DNA of 64,000 nt from an uncultured Pseudomonadales bacterium (GTDB lineage: Bacteria; Patescibacteriota; Microgenomatia; UBA1400; PJMF01). Both the position numbers and the translations under genes were made by a program. A model generated the notes under the pieces. The model saw only the letters and a program-made list of their open reading frames with translations. It searched no databases and had not been told where the DNA came from. Each line of letters opens with the position of its first letter. The first letter of the stretch is position 1. The stretch spans positions 128,514 through 192,513 of the forward strand of contig CAYWDM010000003.1 of assembly GCA_964457085.1 (NCBI GenBank). Direction: 5' to 3'. Shown piece by piece: positions 28,923 to 41,553 of the stretch.

Positions 28923-28940
28923 CAATTACAAAACTAAAAA

Positions 28941-31796
28941 CTATTTTTTCTCTTCTCCGATTTCTTCTTTTTCGACTAAGGCTACAGCCACAACACAGTC
29001 GGTCTCTTTGAGTTTCATCAAAATCACGCCTTGTGTTGGTCGAGTTAGTAGTGGTACTGAGCTTCCTTTCAAAGGCAATTTGATGGTGGTGCCTTCTTTG
29101 GTGCTGATAACTACGTTTTCGTCGAGAGGTCCAATGAGCTTGGCAGCGGCAATTTTACCAGTGCGTGAGGTGACTTCTGCAACTTTAACGCCAAGACCAG
29201 ATCGTTTTTGTACTGGGTATTGGCTGAGCAAGGTTTTCTTGCCGAGACCGTTTTCAGTGACGATCAGCAACGGGGTCTTGTTGAGAATAGCTGGGTCTTC
29301 TGGGAACGCTTCTACGCCGATGACATAGTCGCTGGCTCGCAAAGTGATGCCACGGACACCTTTGGTGTCACGTTGAGAAGACTTGACCTCAACCTCGCTA
29401 AAGCGGATTGATTTACCTTCGTATGAAATCAACATAATGTTGTCTTCACCAGAGGTAATTTTGCCCCAGACCAACTCATCTTCCTTATTAAGTGAAATAG
29501 CGACGATGCCGTTTTGGCGAATATTGTCGTAAAGCTTGACTGCAGTTTTCTTAACTAATCCCTGGCGGGTGGCCAAGGTGATGTATTTGGTAGCATCGCC
29601 AATTTCGTCGAAAACGATGATTGATTGGGCTCGCTCCTCGGCTTTTAGGTTGAGCAAATTAACGATAGCAGTTCCCTTGGCTTGGCGACTGGCATCTGGC
29701 ATTTCGTGTGCCTTCATCCGGAAAACACGACCTTGGTTGGTAAAGATTAGTAAAGTGTCGTGAGTGGTACAGCTGACCAAGCACTTAAGCATGTCCTCGT
29801 GCTTCATCGAGAGACCCATGGCACCTTTGCCACCTCTGGATTGTGAGCGGAATGAGCCTGGGCTCATACGTTTTACATAGCCACTCTCAGTGAGTGTGAT
29901 CACAGTTGCTTCATCAGCAACCAGATCTTCTTCACTAAATTCATCAACCTTGCCTTTGACTAATTTAGTCTTGCGAGCATCGCCATACAAACCGATGAGT
30001 TCATTGGTTTCACTGACAACTACATCGAGAATTTCTTGTGGGTGACTCAAGAGTTTAATTAATTTACCGATTGTTTCTTGAATGGCTTTATATTCATCCT
30101 CAATCTTCTGACGCTCGAGAGCAGCTAGTCGTTTGAGTTGCATTTCAAGGATGGCAGTTGATTGAATGTCGCTGAGACCAAACTTAGCCATCAGTGCGTT
30201 ATGAGCTGTCTCAGTGTCTGGAGAGCGTCTAATGGTATCAATTACGTCATCTAGATTTTTAAGTGCAATGAGTAATCCCTCTAGGATATGAGCCCGATCT
30301 CTGGACTCAGAGAGCTCATATTGACTTCTTTTCACAATCACTAGCTGGCGATGGACAATATATTCCTTGAGCACTTGGCGGATGTTCATCAGCTGAGGAG
30401 TACCCTCACTGTTGAGTGCCACCATGTTTAAGGAAAAAGTAGTCTGGAGATCAGTGTACTTGAATAATTTATTGAGAATGACTTTTGGCTTGGCATCGCG
30501 CTTCAACTCGATGGTCATCTGCATACCTTTACGGTCAGAGTCATCTCTAAGACTGCGAATACCAACGATTTTTTTATCGCGTACTAGATCAGCAATCTTC
30601 ATTAATAATTTGGCTTTGTTGACTTGATATGGGAGTTCAGTAATTACAATCTTGAAGCTGCCCTTTTCACCTTCTTCAATCGAGGCTTTACCACGAATTA
30701 AGATTCGACCCTTACCAGTTTGGTAGGCCTGCTTGATGGTGGCAAAATCGTAGATAATGGCTGCAGTTGGGAAATCTGGACCTTTAACATATTCCATGAT
30801 TTCTTCGACAGTGGTCTCGGAATTGAATTCTCCGGCCAGCATTTTTGGATCTGCATGCAAGAGTGTTTCGACTTCAGTACTGGTTGAAAGTGCGATTTCT
30901 GAGGGTGCAGAGGCAGTTGTGGCTTTGGCTGCCAGTGAATCGACAGCTTTTTTGTTAGCAGTGGCTGACTCTCCCTCGGTTTGAATCGAGGTGGCGGTGC
31001 CAGCTTTGATCATGGCGATGACCGCATTACTCACCTCAGTGAGATTATGTGGTGGAATTTTGGTAGCCATACCAACGGCAATGCCTTCAGAACCCATGAG
31101 TAACAGATTTGGCAATCTGGTGGGAAGCACTAATGGTTCTTTGATGGAGCCATCGAAGTTATCCCCCATCGGTACAGTGTTTTTATTGAGATCGGCAAGT
31201 AATTCTTGGGAAATCTTAGCTAACCGAGCCTCGGTGTAACGCATAGCAGCTGGGCTATCGCCATCGATAGAACCAAAGTTTCCTTGGCCATCAATCAGTG
31301 GATATCGCATGCTAAATGACTGTGCAAGTCTAACTAATGCCATGTAGACAGAGGAATCACCATGGGGGTGATAGCGACCGAGCACATCACCGACAATACG
31401 GGCTGATTTTTTATATGAACCACTGTGGTGAATGCCACTTTTAAACATTGAGAACAAGATGCGACGATGCACTGGCTTGAGTCCATCACGAACATCTGGT
31501 AGTGCACGAGCTACGATGACGCTCATGGCGTAGTCAAGATAACTCTTCTCCATTTCATCTACGATCGACATGTGTTTAAACTTGCCAAACCTGGTCTCTT
31601 CAATGGTGCCGATCAATGAGGCTGCTGCCTCGGCAGCTAGTTCTTGTTCGGAAACGGATTGATTTTCAGGAGTAAGCTCCACGACAGCAGCTTCAGCTGC
31701 TAGTTCATCAGCGGTGAGATCTGCTGACTCAACCTCATCGATTTCCTCGACTTCGGCTACTTCGTTTTCGTTATCTGGACGATCTTGATCTGTCAT
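28941..31796 (-). CDS. gyrA: DNA gyrase subunit A (951 aa, with an Ala/Ser/Thr-rich insertion of about 55-60 aa)
   Basis: Active-site region AMRYTEARL (Tyr). N-terminal acidic extension. C-terminal beta-pinwheel repeats. The insertion lies between [16 protein letters not shown] and [10 protein letters not shown]. Confidence 0.97.
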   Translation of the reverse strand: MTDQDRPDNENEVAEVEEIDEVESADLTADELAAEAAVVELTPENQSVSEQELAAEAAASLIGTIEETRFGKFKHMSIVDEMEKSYLDYAMSVIVARALPDVRDGLKPVHRRILFSMFKSGIHHSGSYKKSARIVGDVLGRYHPHGDSSVYMALVRLAQSFSMRYPLIDGQGNFGSIDGDSPAAMRYTEARLAKISQELLADLNKNTVPMGDNFDGSIKEPLVLPTRLPNLLLMGSEGIAVGMATKIPPHNLTEVSNAVIAMIKAGTATSIQTEGESATANKKAVDSLAAKATTASAPSEIALSTSTEVETLLHADPKMLAGEFNSETTVEEIMEYVKGPDFPTAAIIYDFATIKQAYQTGKGRILIRGKASIEEGEKGSFKIVITELPYQVNKAKLLMKIADLVRDKKIVGIRSLRDDSDRKGMQMTIELKRDAKPKVILNKLFKYTDLQTTFSLNMVALNSEGTPQLMNIRQVLKEYIVHRQLVIVKRSQYELSESRDRAHILEGLLIALKNLDDVIDTIRRSPDTETAHNALMAKFGLSDIQSTAILEMQLKRLAALERQKIEDEYKAIQETIGKLIKLLSHPQEILDVVVSETNELIGLYGDARKTKLVKGKVDEFSEEDLVADEATVITLTESGYVKRMSPGSFRSQSRGGKGAMGLSMKHEDMLKCLVSCTTHDTLLIFTNQGRVFRMKAHEMPDASRQAKGTAIVNLLNLKAEERAQSIIVFDEIGDATKYITLATRQGLVKKTAVKLYDNIRQNGIVAISLNKEDELVWGKITSGEDNIMLISYEGKSIRFSEVEVKSSQRDTKGVRGITLRASDYVIGVEAFPEDPAILNKTPLLIVTENGLGKKTLLSQYPVQKRSGLGVKVAEVTSRTGKIAAAKLIGPLDENVVISTKEGTTIKLPLKGSSVPLLTRPTQGVILMKLKETDCVVAVALVEKEEIGEEKK

Positions 31797-31859
31797 ACGT
31801 GCAATTCATGTACCAGGCATTCGACTAATAGTGCCGAATGCCTGGCTATTTTTTATTTC

Positions 31860-32363
31860 TTAGTCTGTCATTTCCTCAAAACGCTTAATACTTGCCTCGA
31901 GTACTTTGGTGGCTTCAGTTGCATCTCTCCAATCTTTGAGTTTCACAAATTTGCCTTGTTCAAGGTCTTTGTAATGCTCGAAGAAATGTCGAATCTGGCG
32001 TTTTTTAGCCTCTGGAATATCAGAGAGGCTACTCCATTCACCGCAGAATGGATCGATTTTTGCCTTGGCTGGAACGCAGAGAATTTTATGATCTACACCC
32101 TCTTCATCTTCCATCTCGAGCATACCGATGATTTTGCATTTAATTACTACTCCTGGAATCATTGGTTCAGAGGTGAACACCAATGCATCAAGTGCATCGC
32201 CGTCTTCACCATGTGTGCCTTCAATCAAACCGTAGTTGATTGGATATGCCATGACGGTAGGCATAAAGCGATCAACAGTAAGCTCTCCTGTTTCTTCGTC
32301 GAGCTCGTATTTAACTCGTGAACCTTCTGGAATCTCTATAAAAACCTTTAAATCGTCTGACAT
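31860..32363 (-). CDS. ppa: Family I inorganic pyrophosphatase
   Basis: DGDALDALVF...MEDEEGVDHKIL is a PPase signature. 167 aa. Confidence 0.95.
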   Translation of the reverse strand: MSDDLKVFIEIPEGSRVKYELDEETGELTVDRFMPTVMAYPINYGLIEGTHGEDGDALDALVFTSEPMIPGVVIKCKIIGMLEMEDEEGVDHKILCVPAKAKIDPFCGEWSSLSDIPEAKKRQIRHFFEHYKDLEQGKFVKLKDWRDATEATKVLEASIKRFEEMTD

Positions 32364-32469
32364 TTGTATCCTTTCTTTATATTTACAGATATTTAGATTA
32401 TCTTTTGATTATTTTGATCTATTTTTATACTATTGTTCATCTTTAGATTATCTTTGATGAAGATAATCT

Positions 32470-34491
<2,022 letters not shown>

Positions 34492-34667
34492 TTATTTCGA
34501 TTGATATGTTATTGGTTGATTTGCTAGTCTTTTGTGGCTCAGAGCGTGTTGAGTTGAGTCTTTTACGTCTTTTTTAGACTAAAAGCAGCTCGGACATCAA
34601 AAAACACAATCCAAGACCTCTTTTGTACCACGAAGCAATCAAAAATGAAAGGCTGGAATAGTCAGAA

Positions 34668-35399
34668 TCATGTCTGGTGCGTCAACTGATTATGAAAGCT
34701 AAAAAGCCAATGTTCTAAGGCAAGTGCGAGATTGGCATTTTGCGAAAGATTTTGCCAGCATTTTAGAGTGCATTTAAGTAATTGTGCTTGGATTGAAGTG
34801 GGAGTCTTCTCCTGACTCAGTTTTTTTAGGCAGTGATGTACTAGATTAATTGCCTCAGTACGATCTTTGTATTTGGCTGCCAGTGAGACCAATTCGCCAA
34901 ATGAAGTGGCAGGGTTTGAAATGGTAGCTAAAAATGTGTCTACATCGGAATCAACTTGACTTGGCTGTTTTAGGGCAGTTGATTGAAAAAAATGTTGCTG
35001 ACAACGTGAGTGAATTGTGCCAAGCAAAGTAGTACTGTTGGTAACTGCCAAGACGATACTGACATTTTTGGGAGGTTCTTCAAGAGTTTTGAGCAATACG
35101 TTCTGTGCGTTTTCACCAATATGGTCAGCAGCTAATAGCACCCAGATGGTGGGTTGTGTCATGCCCCCATAACCTCCAAGCGAGACGATCTCTCGAGCGT
35201 CATCTACAGTTAGGCCACTGAGTGATTCTCCAAACCATGAAATAGCGGGTGAAGTAATCTGCGAATCCGAGCTGTTTTGAATCTGAGTGGCTAGTGTGGC
35301 GGTGATATAGCTTAAAACTTCCGATCTCCACTCATGTATGTCGGGTGTGGCTGATTGAAAGGCAATGTTGAGGATGATTGGAATGTGATGCATAAACAC
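34668..35399 (-). CDS. holB: DNA polymerase III clamp-loader delta-prime-like subunit (no P-loop)
   Basis: LLKTLEEPP (box VII) and TIHSRCQ (sensor-1 SRC) motifs. It lies downstream of gyrB on the same strand. Confidence 0.7.
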   Translation of the reverse strand: MFMHHIPIILNIAFQSATPDIHEWRSEVLSYITATLATQIQNSSDSQITSPAISWFGESLSGLTVDDAREIVSLGGYGGMTQPTIWVLLAADHIGENAQNVLLKTLEEPPKNVSIVLAVTNSTTLLGTIHSRCQQHFFQSTALKQPSQVDSDVDTFLATISNPATSFGELVSLAAKYKDRTEAINLVHHCLKKLSQEKTPTSIQAQLLKCTLKCWQNLSQNANLALALEHWLFSFHNQLTHQT

Positions 35400-35541
35400 T
35401 GATTTATTTCAGTAGTAGACAGTTTGATTGCGTCTGTACACAAACCCGTCGCTCTGCTGCTTTTATTGCGATGGCCGCTATGGCATTATAAACATATGAG
35501 CGAGAGAAGGACCCTCTGATTTTGGGTGTTCTTCTGATGGT

Positions 35542-38500
35542 ATGAGCGAGCCTGTCCAAAACAACCAGTCTGCCCCAGCTGGCACTGATCCTGCTGTTGC
35601 TGCATCTGATGCAGTAGCTATGGCAGATGCAGCAGTGTCGGAAGCTGATTTATCCGCGGCTCTTGCTGAGGTCGATAAAATGGATGCCACTACTTCAGAT
35701 GGAAGTGATGTGGTGAATTCGCTGTCGGTTGATTCTGCTATTGAAGCAACCATCCCCTCTGACTCAGGTGAAATTGAAGCTGTGGCCAATAGTGCTGCAG
35801 AGCAGTTATCCAATGAATCCGTGCCCAACCAAGATCAACTCGATGCAATCGCCAATCAGGTAGAACAAACAGTCTTTGGAGAGGCAGAGTCGACATCTTC
35901 GAATCAAACTGTTAATAGTGAAATTACGCCAACTATTTCAGGTGTTGTTGTTGCCCAACCAACTATCTCGCCAGCTCCAGTTTCACCAGCGATGGTGCCA
36001 CGTCAAGTAACTCCTGCCCCCGTAGCAGTTGCATTTCAAGCGACTCCTGTTGCCGCTATTGCACCAACAGTGCCACCTCAGATTCAAAATTTGTCCAACC
36101 AAGCACCTCAAATGCCACCAGGTTATCCGCAGCAAGGTGGCTTTGCACCCACATCCAATCAAAATACCAGCTTTAGTTCCCAGATGGCTCCATCTCTCGC
36201 TCAACCTCAGATGGGATATCAGAACAATGCTGGTATGGGGATGCAGCAGCCTAACACTGGACAAATGAATGGTGGATATGGTGCAGCACCAGGACAGCAA
36301 GGTGGTGGCCAAAGCTTTGCACAGCAAATGCCAATGTACCAAAATGGCCAATATCAAAATCAGAATGGTCAATTTGGTGCTCAATCACCAAATCAAGGAC
36401 AGTTTTTGCCTCAAATGCAAAATTTGCCCAACCAAGCATCTCAAATGCCACCAGGATATCCGCTGCAAGGTGGCTTTGCACCCACATCCAATCAAATGTC
36501 TGGCCAGCCCAACCAAACTGGTGGCCAAAGCTTCACACAGCAAATGCCACCAGGTTATCCACAACAGAGTTTTGTTGGCAGTGCTCCCCCACCATCACCC
36601 CAGATGCAAAGCCAGCCAGTTGCTCCACAAGCATTAGTTCCGGGGACCATTATTTCTGGTCCAGGAGCGTCAATTGCGTCCGCAGTGCCGAATGTTAATA
36701 CGGCTAGTCCAACACCACCTGCACCAGCTCCAGCTACTCCAGCTCCAGCCGAGAATCCAGCTGTTACTCCGCCAGCAACTCCTGCTCCCATTATTTCGAG
36801 CGGTGGATTTAAGACATATAGCAGTTTAGTAGATGTCTTGGCTGAGATGCAGTTGTTGACACCCGAGCAACTCAATCAACTGAAGCAAGAATTATTGACG
36901 ACCGGCCGAAGTTATGATGATTTGTTGATTGAGAAAAAGTGGTTGTCCGAAGAAAGTCTCACCAAAGCCAAAGCAAAACTCAACAATTTACCGTTTATTA
37001 CAATTGGAGAGACAGGTATCTCACCAGAAGCATTAAGCAAGCTTGACGAGAGCGTGGCACATCGCTATGGCATCTTGCCATTTGCAATCGACAAAGTGGA
37101 ACGTAAGTTGTCTGTGGCCATGAAGAATCCACTGGATATCCAGGCTGTTGGATTTGTAGAGCAGAAAACAGGGTTTAAGTTAGCCATTTACTACGCCAGT
37201 CCGACTGAAATCGAGCGCATCATTGTAGAGCGATACGCTCAGAATTTATCTTCAGAGGTAAATGAGGCACTCAAAGATACGGATCAGTCAAAGGCTAGGC
37301 ACAAAGAGCAAACCGAACAACTCAACAACTTTGGTGGAGTCATTCGCGACGCACCAATTAATCGAATTGTAGAAACTATTTTAGAATTTGCCGTTAAATC
37401 TCGTGCCTCTGATATTCACATTGAGCCACTGCCAAATAAAGTGCGGGTTCGGTACCGCATTGACGGTATCTTGGTAGAAAAATTAATTCTACCTAGAAGT
37501 GTGATTGATGCGGTAGTGTCTCGTATTAAGATTTTGGGCAACATGAAGATTGACGAACGACGGATTCCTCAGGATGGTCGTTTTAGTTACAACAATGATG
37601 AAAAGAATGTAGATCTGCGTGTATCTACAATTCCTACAGTTCATGGTGAGAAGATCAACTTGCGGTTACTCGAGAAGAATCTCAATGTTCCCACAATGGA
37701 ACAATTAGGCTTGGAAGGTTTGTCTTTGGCAAACGTTAAAGAAGCCATTAAGGTGCCGCACGGTATCATCCTAATTTCAGGTCCAACTGGATCAGGTAAG
37801 ACCACTACTTTGTATTCCTTGATTCATATACTGAATACGCCAAAAGTGAACATCGTGACCTTGGAAGATCCTGTTGAGTACCAGATGCTTGGCGTTAACC
37901 AAGTTCAGATTAATCCAAAAGCAGGTTTGACCTTTTCAACGGGGCTGCGTGCGTTCTTGCGGCAAGATCCAAATATTATCATGGTTGGAGAAATGCGTGA
38001 CCGCGAAACTACTGAGTTGGCAATCCAAGCGTCACTTACTGGTCACTTAGTGTTTTCCACTATTCATACTTCTTCAGCTGCTACTGCTCTACCCCGTATG
38101 ATAGATATGGGTGCTGAGAATTTCTTAATTGCATCATCAGTTACTCTAATCATGGCACAGCGTGTGGTGCGTAAAATTAACCCTGCCTATTTAGAGGAAT
38201 ATGTTCCTGAGCCAGCTGTGGTAGCGGACATTTCAAAGGTTTTGGGAGTACATTTTGATAACTGGCTAATGCAACATGGAAAAACACCTCAAACAGTTAC
38301 TTTGTTCAGACCAAGTGCAAATCGCCCGGAAAATGAACCAGAGTATCTTGGTCGTATGGCTATTTATGAGGTGTTACGGATGACTGAAGTAATTGGTCGA
38401 ATGGTGCTGCAAAATCGACCTGCAAGCGAGATTGAACAGGAAGCATTGCGAAATGGTATGTTGCTCATGAAGCAGGATGGATATCTTAAGGCACTTAATG

Positions 38501-38544
38501 GACTTACAACTATCGAAGAAATATTACGTGTGGCAGATGTTTAA
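35542..38544 (+). CDS. pilB: Type IV pilus assembly ATPase PilB/GspE family, with a low-complexity N-terminal extension of about 430 aa
   Basis: C-terminal Walker A GPTGSGKTTT, Asp box, His box. GSPII_N-like domain (LTPEQLNQLKQELLTTGRSYDDLLI...). Residues 1-430 are A/Q/P/G/N-rich with internal repeats. Confidence 0.9.
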   Translation: MSEPVQNNQSAPAGTDPAVAASDAVAMADAAVSEADLSAALAEVDKMDATTSDGSDVVNSLSVDSAIEATIPSDSGEIEAVANSAAEQLSNESVPNQDQLDAIANQVEQTVFGEAESTSSNQTVNSEITPTISGVVVAQPTISPAPVSPAMVPRQVTPAPVAVAFQATPVAAIAPTVPPQIQNLSNQAPQMPPGYPQQGGFAPTSNQNTSFSSQMAPSLAQPQMGYQNNAGMGMQQPNTGQMNGGYGAAPGQQGGGQSFAQQMPMYQNGQYQNQNGQFGAQSPNQGQFLPQMQNLPNQASQMPPGYPLQGGFAPTSNQMSGQPNQTGGQSFTQQMPPGYPQQSFVGSAPPPSPQMQSQPVAPQALVPGTIISGPGASIASAVPNVNTASPTPPAPAPATPAPAENPAVTPPATPAPIISSGGFKTYSSLVDVLAEMQLLTPEQLNQLKQELLTTGRSYDDLLIEKKWLSEESLTKAKAKLNNLPFITIGETGISPEALSKLDESVAHRYGILPFAIDKVERKLSVAMKNPLDIQAVGFVEQKTGFKLAIYYASPTEIERIIVERYAQNLSSEVNEALKDTDQSKARHKEQTEQLNNFGGVIRDAPINRIVETILEFAVKSRASDIHIEPLPNKVRVRYRIDGILVEKLILPRSVIDAVVSRIKILGNMKIDERRIPQDGRFSYNNDEKNVDLRVSTIPTVHGEKINLRLLEKNLNVPTMEQLGLEGLSLANVKEAIKVPHGIILISGPTGSGKTTTLYSLIHILNTPKVNIVTLEDPVEYQMLGVNQVQINPKAGLTFSTGLRAFLRQDPNIIMVGEMRDRETTELAIQASLTGHLVFSTIHTSSAATALPRMIDMGAENFLIASSVTLIMAQRVVRKINPAYLEEYVPEPAVVADISKVLGVHFDNWLMQHGKTPQTVTLFRPSANRPENEPEYLGRMAIYEVLRMTEVIGRMVLQNRPASEIEQEALRNGMLLMKQDGYLKALNGLTTIEEILRVADV
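36088..36560 (+). repeat. Intragenic tandem duplication inside the pilB N-terminal extension
   Basis: 76-bp units at 36088-36163 and 36421-36496 differ at only 4 positions. The sub-repeat GGTGGCCAAAGCTT(T/C)(G/A)CACAGCAAATGCCA occurs at 36304 and 36520. CAAATGCCACCAGG(T/A)TATCC occurs three times. Confidence 0.6.
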
Positions 38545-38555
38545 ATGAGGAACAT

Positions 38556-39617
38556 ATGACAATTTTTGATGTACTTGAACTACTGATTAGCCAAAAGGGC
38601 TCAGACGTGCATTTGGCAGTTGGTCATGCTCCAGTACTGCGTGTTGATGGTGAGTTGCGAAGTCTTGAAGGTGCTCCAGCACTAACTGCCGAGGCAGTGG
38701 AAATGTTGGTTAAACCGCTGATGTCTCAAGAGCAGCAGACTCTATTTAAAAAGAATCGTGAGATTGATTTTGGATATCAATATGGTGAGGCTGGCCGCTT
38801 TCGTATCAATGTGTATCATTCACTAAATAACATGGCCGCAGCACTGCGGTTGATTCCTCCAAAAATCCTTACCATTTCTGATCTGGGATTACCAGATGTT
38901 TTCAATCAGTTCACACAGTTCAATCAAGGTTTGATTTTGCTCACAGGTCCAACTGGTGAAGGTAAGTCTACTACTCTAGCAGCACTTATCAATGAAATAA
39001 ATCGAATTCGAGCAGATCATATTTTAACGATCGAAGATCCTGTCGAGTTTGTGCATAAGCCAATTAAGTCTTTTATTTCACAGCGAGAATTGAATCAAGA
39101 TACAAACGACTGGACTGTGGCACTAAAGTCTGCACTTCGTGAAGATCCTAATGTTGTTCTGGTTGGAGAAATGCGCGATTACGAGACGATAGCGGCAACA
39201 TTGACTGTGGCGGAGACTGGGCATTTGGTGATGGCTACACTTCACACAAGTACAGCAGCACAAACAATTGATCGTATCATTGATGTTTTTCCTGGTACCC
39301 AACAAGGCCAGATACGTCAGCAATTAGCAGCCACAATTAAAGTAGTGGTATCTCAGCGTTTAGTACCAAAAATTGGGGGTGGCCGAGTTGCAGCTTTTGA
39401 AATCATGATTGTGAACGATGCAATTCGCAATTTAATCCGTGAACAGAAAACATTTCAAATCGATAACGTGATTCAAACAGCTGCAGAATCTGGAATGTTT
39501 TTGATTGAAACATACTTGCTGGATTTAGTTGGTCGAGGGGTGATCACCAGAGAAACAGCTATAGCTAGTGCTTTTCGACCTAGGGAACTTCAGCGTATGA
39601 TGGGTATTGGAAAATAG
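38556..39617 (+). CDS. pilT: Type IV pilus retraction ATPase PilT
   Basis: 353 aa. Walker A GPTGEGKSTT. HILTIEDPVEF. PilT-type C-terminus AIRNLIRE. Confidence 0.9.
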   Translation: MTIFDVLELLISQKGSDVHLAVGHAPVLRVDGELRSLEGAPALTAEAVEMLVKPLMSQEQQTLFKKNREIDFGYQYGEAGRFRINVYHSLNNMAAALRLIPPKILTISDLGLPDVFNQFTQFNQGLILLTGPTGEGKSTTLAALINEINRIRADHILTIEDPVEFVHKPIKSFISQRELNQDTNDWTVALKSALREDPNVVLVGEMRDYETIAATLTVAETGHLVMATLHTSTAAQTIDRIIDVFPGTQQGQIRQQLAATIKVVVSQRLVPKIGGGRVAAFEIMIVNDAIRNLIREQKTFQIDNVIQTAAESGMFLIETYLLDLVGRGVITRETAIASAFRPRELQRMMGIGK

Positions 39618-39626
39618 GATTTTAAT

Positions 39627-40832
39627 ATGCCGATTTTTGAGTACGTTGCTCGCAATTCTCATCAAGAAAAAGTCACCGGTAAAGTTGAGTCAAAAGGTGT
39701 AGCTCAAGCCGTGACCATGCTCACCTCTCGTGGTTTATTTGTAATTCGAGTTAAGCCATACAACGAGGGATCAATTGAGTTTATTAACAAAATGCTCAAT
39801 CGAATTGGATTCGTGGAGATCGTGACCTTTACTCGTCAGATGGCTACCATGATTACTGCGGGGTTATCACTTTCCAAAGCATTGTCGATTCTTGAACAAC
39901 AAACAAATCCTGAAATGGGCAAAATGGTGAGTACATTGCTTAAAGATGTAGAGACAGGAAGTACTTTTTCCAGTTCATTAGTTAAATATCCCAAAGAATT
40001 CAGTCGTGTATATATTCAGCTAGTAAAAGCTGGTGAGTTAGGTGGTGTTTTGGATAAAGTACTAGAGCGGTTGGCCATTAACCTAGAAAAAGAAAAAGAG
40101 TTTCAATCAAAGACAAAAGGTGCCTTAATTTATCCTATTATCGTTATGTCGGCGATGGGTGTAGTGGCTACCATCATGATGATTTTTGTGGTGCCAAAAT
40201 TGACGAGTATGTACAAAGATTTTGGTGCCAAAATGCCTACTCCTACTTTGGTATTGATGTCGATGTCTGATTTTATGGTCAATAATTGGTGGGTAGTGGC
40301 AATTATTGGTGTGATTGCGTATTTGTCGTTTCAAAAATGGCATAAGACACGCAACGGCCAGATTCAATTTGATAAATTTGTGTTTAAACTGCCTGTTTTC
40401 GGTGATTTGAAGAAAAAGATTGTAATTACTGACTTTGCACGCACATTAGCATTGTTGCTCAGCACAGGCGTTTCCTTGTTGGAGGCAATGGATATCGTGG
40501 CTGAAGCTGCAGATAGTTTGATTTACCGTGAAGCATTTCAGGATGCCTCAAAGATGGTGGAAAAAGGAGACAGTTTGTCTCAGGCCATTGCTAAATATGG
40601 TGATATTTTTCCGCCAATTCTCAACCAAATGATTGCTGTGGGTGAAGAAACCGGTAAGCTTGACGATGTTTTGCAAAAACTATCAGTATTTTTTGAAGCT
40701 GAAACAGAGCAAGCAGTTAAGAATATGACCACCGCAATGGAGCCAATGATCATGGTAGTTTTAGGTCTTGGTGTCGGTCTCTTGGTGGTGGCAGTGATTT
40801 TGCCGATCTATAGCTTGACTAGCTCGTTTTAA
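39627..40832 (+). CDS. pilC: Type IV pilus inner-membrane platform protein PilC / GspF family
   Basis: 401 aa with two T2SSF repeats (GLSLSKAL..., GVSLLEAMDIV...) and three TM segments. Confidence 0.9.
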   Translation: MPIFEYVARNSHQEKVTGKVESKGVAQAVTMLTSRGLFVIRVKPYNEGSIEFINKMLNRIGFVEIVTFTRQMATMITAGLSLSKALSILEQQTNPEMGKMVSTLLKDVETGSTFSSSLVKYPKEFSRVYIQLVKAGELGGVLDKVLERLAINLEKEKEFQSKTKGALIYPIIVMSAMGVVATIMMIFVVPKLTSMYKDFGAKMPTPTLVLMSMSDFMVNNWWVVAIIGVIAYLSFQKWHKTRNGQIQFDKFVFKLPVFGDLKKKIVITDFARTLALLLSTGVSLLEAMDIVAEAADSLIYREAFQDASKMVEKGDSLSQAIAKYGDIFPPILNQMIAVGEETGKLDDVLQKLSVFFEAETEQAVKNMTTAMEPMIMVVLGLGVGLLVVAVILPIYSLTSSF

Positions 40833-40884
40833 TTGATGTATTCTGAACTGTAAGTAGTAGCACTCATACGTGGAACGTATATAT

Positions 40885-41538
40885 ATGACAAAGCCTCGCC
40901 CGTCTTTCATCCAGAGTCTTGGTTTTACCATGATCGAGCTCTTGATTGTTATTAGTATCTTGGGTTTTCTAGCTGTTGCTGTGTTAGCGGCTATTAATCC
41001 AATTGAGCAAATTAATCGTGGTAAAGACACTGGAAGTCGCTCAGATGCTGAGCAGCTACTGTCATCAATTGACCGATATTACGCTTCGAATGGGTACTAT
41101 CCTTGGACGATTGGTCCAACCGATGTGCAAACTGGTACTAGTGCAGCTGGTAATGCAGCCGCAGGTTCTGGTGTACAAGTACTTTTTAACACAACTGTGA
41201 ATCCATTAGATGAAACAGGTTGCTCATGGGCAGCTAAACTCACCTCTGGAGATGCTTTAGTAGCAGGTTGTAATGGTGCAAATGAGTTGAAGGCTACCTT
41301 CACCACTCGTGTAATGCATCCAACAAACTACAACACATTACAGGTCTATAACCGAGGTAATCAGGGAGACAGTACCTATATCTGTTTCCAGCCTAAGTCA
41401 AAGCAGTTCTTAGATGACGCAAAGAATCGATGTGTGGATGCAGCAGGAAGCGGTTTCCCAGCTGATATTGCCATCGGTGCGGCACTGTGTGTCGATGCGG
41501 TGACAACTGGCACTGACGTCTGGAGCTGCTTACCATAA
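40885..41538 (+). CDS. Type IV (major) pilin candidate
   Basis: Prepilin leader ending ...SLG, then FTMIELLIVISILGFLAV with Glu at +5. Located directly after pilC and before pilD. C-terminal Cys pairs. Confidence 0.8.
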   Translation: MTKPRPSFIQSLGFTMIELLIVISILGFLAVAVLAAINPIEQINRGKDTGSRSDAEQLLSSIDRYYASNGYYPWTIGPTDVQTGTSAAGNAAAGSGVQVLFNTTVNPLDETGCSWAAKLTSGDALVAGCNGANELKATFTTRVMHPTNYNTLQVYNRGNQGDSTYICFQPKSKQFLDDAKNRCVDAAGSGFPADIAIGAALCVDAVTTGTDVWSCLP

Positions 41539-41553
41539 AGGTAAGATACAGCC

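Noticed and set aside
35478-35828. 116-aa ORF antisense to the pilB 5' region
   Set aside because: It overlaps the much longer, motif-supported pilB frame entirely. Its Ala/Ser-rich composition is the mirror of the low-complexity sense strand.
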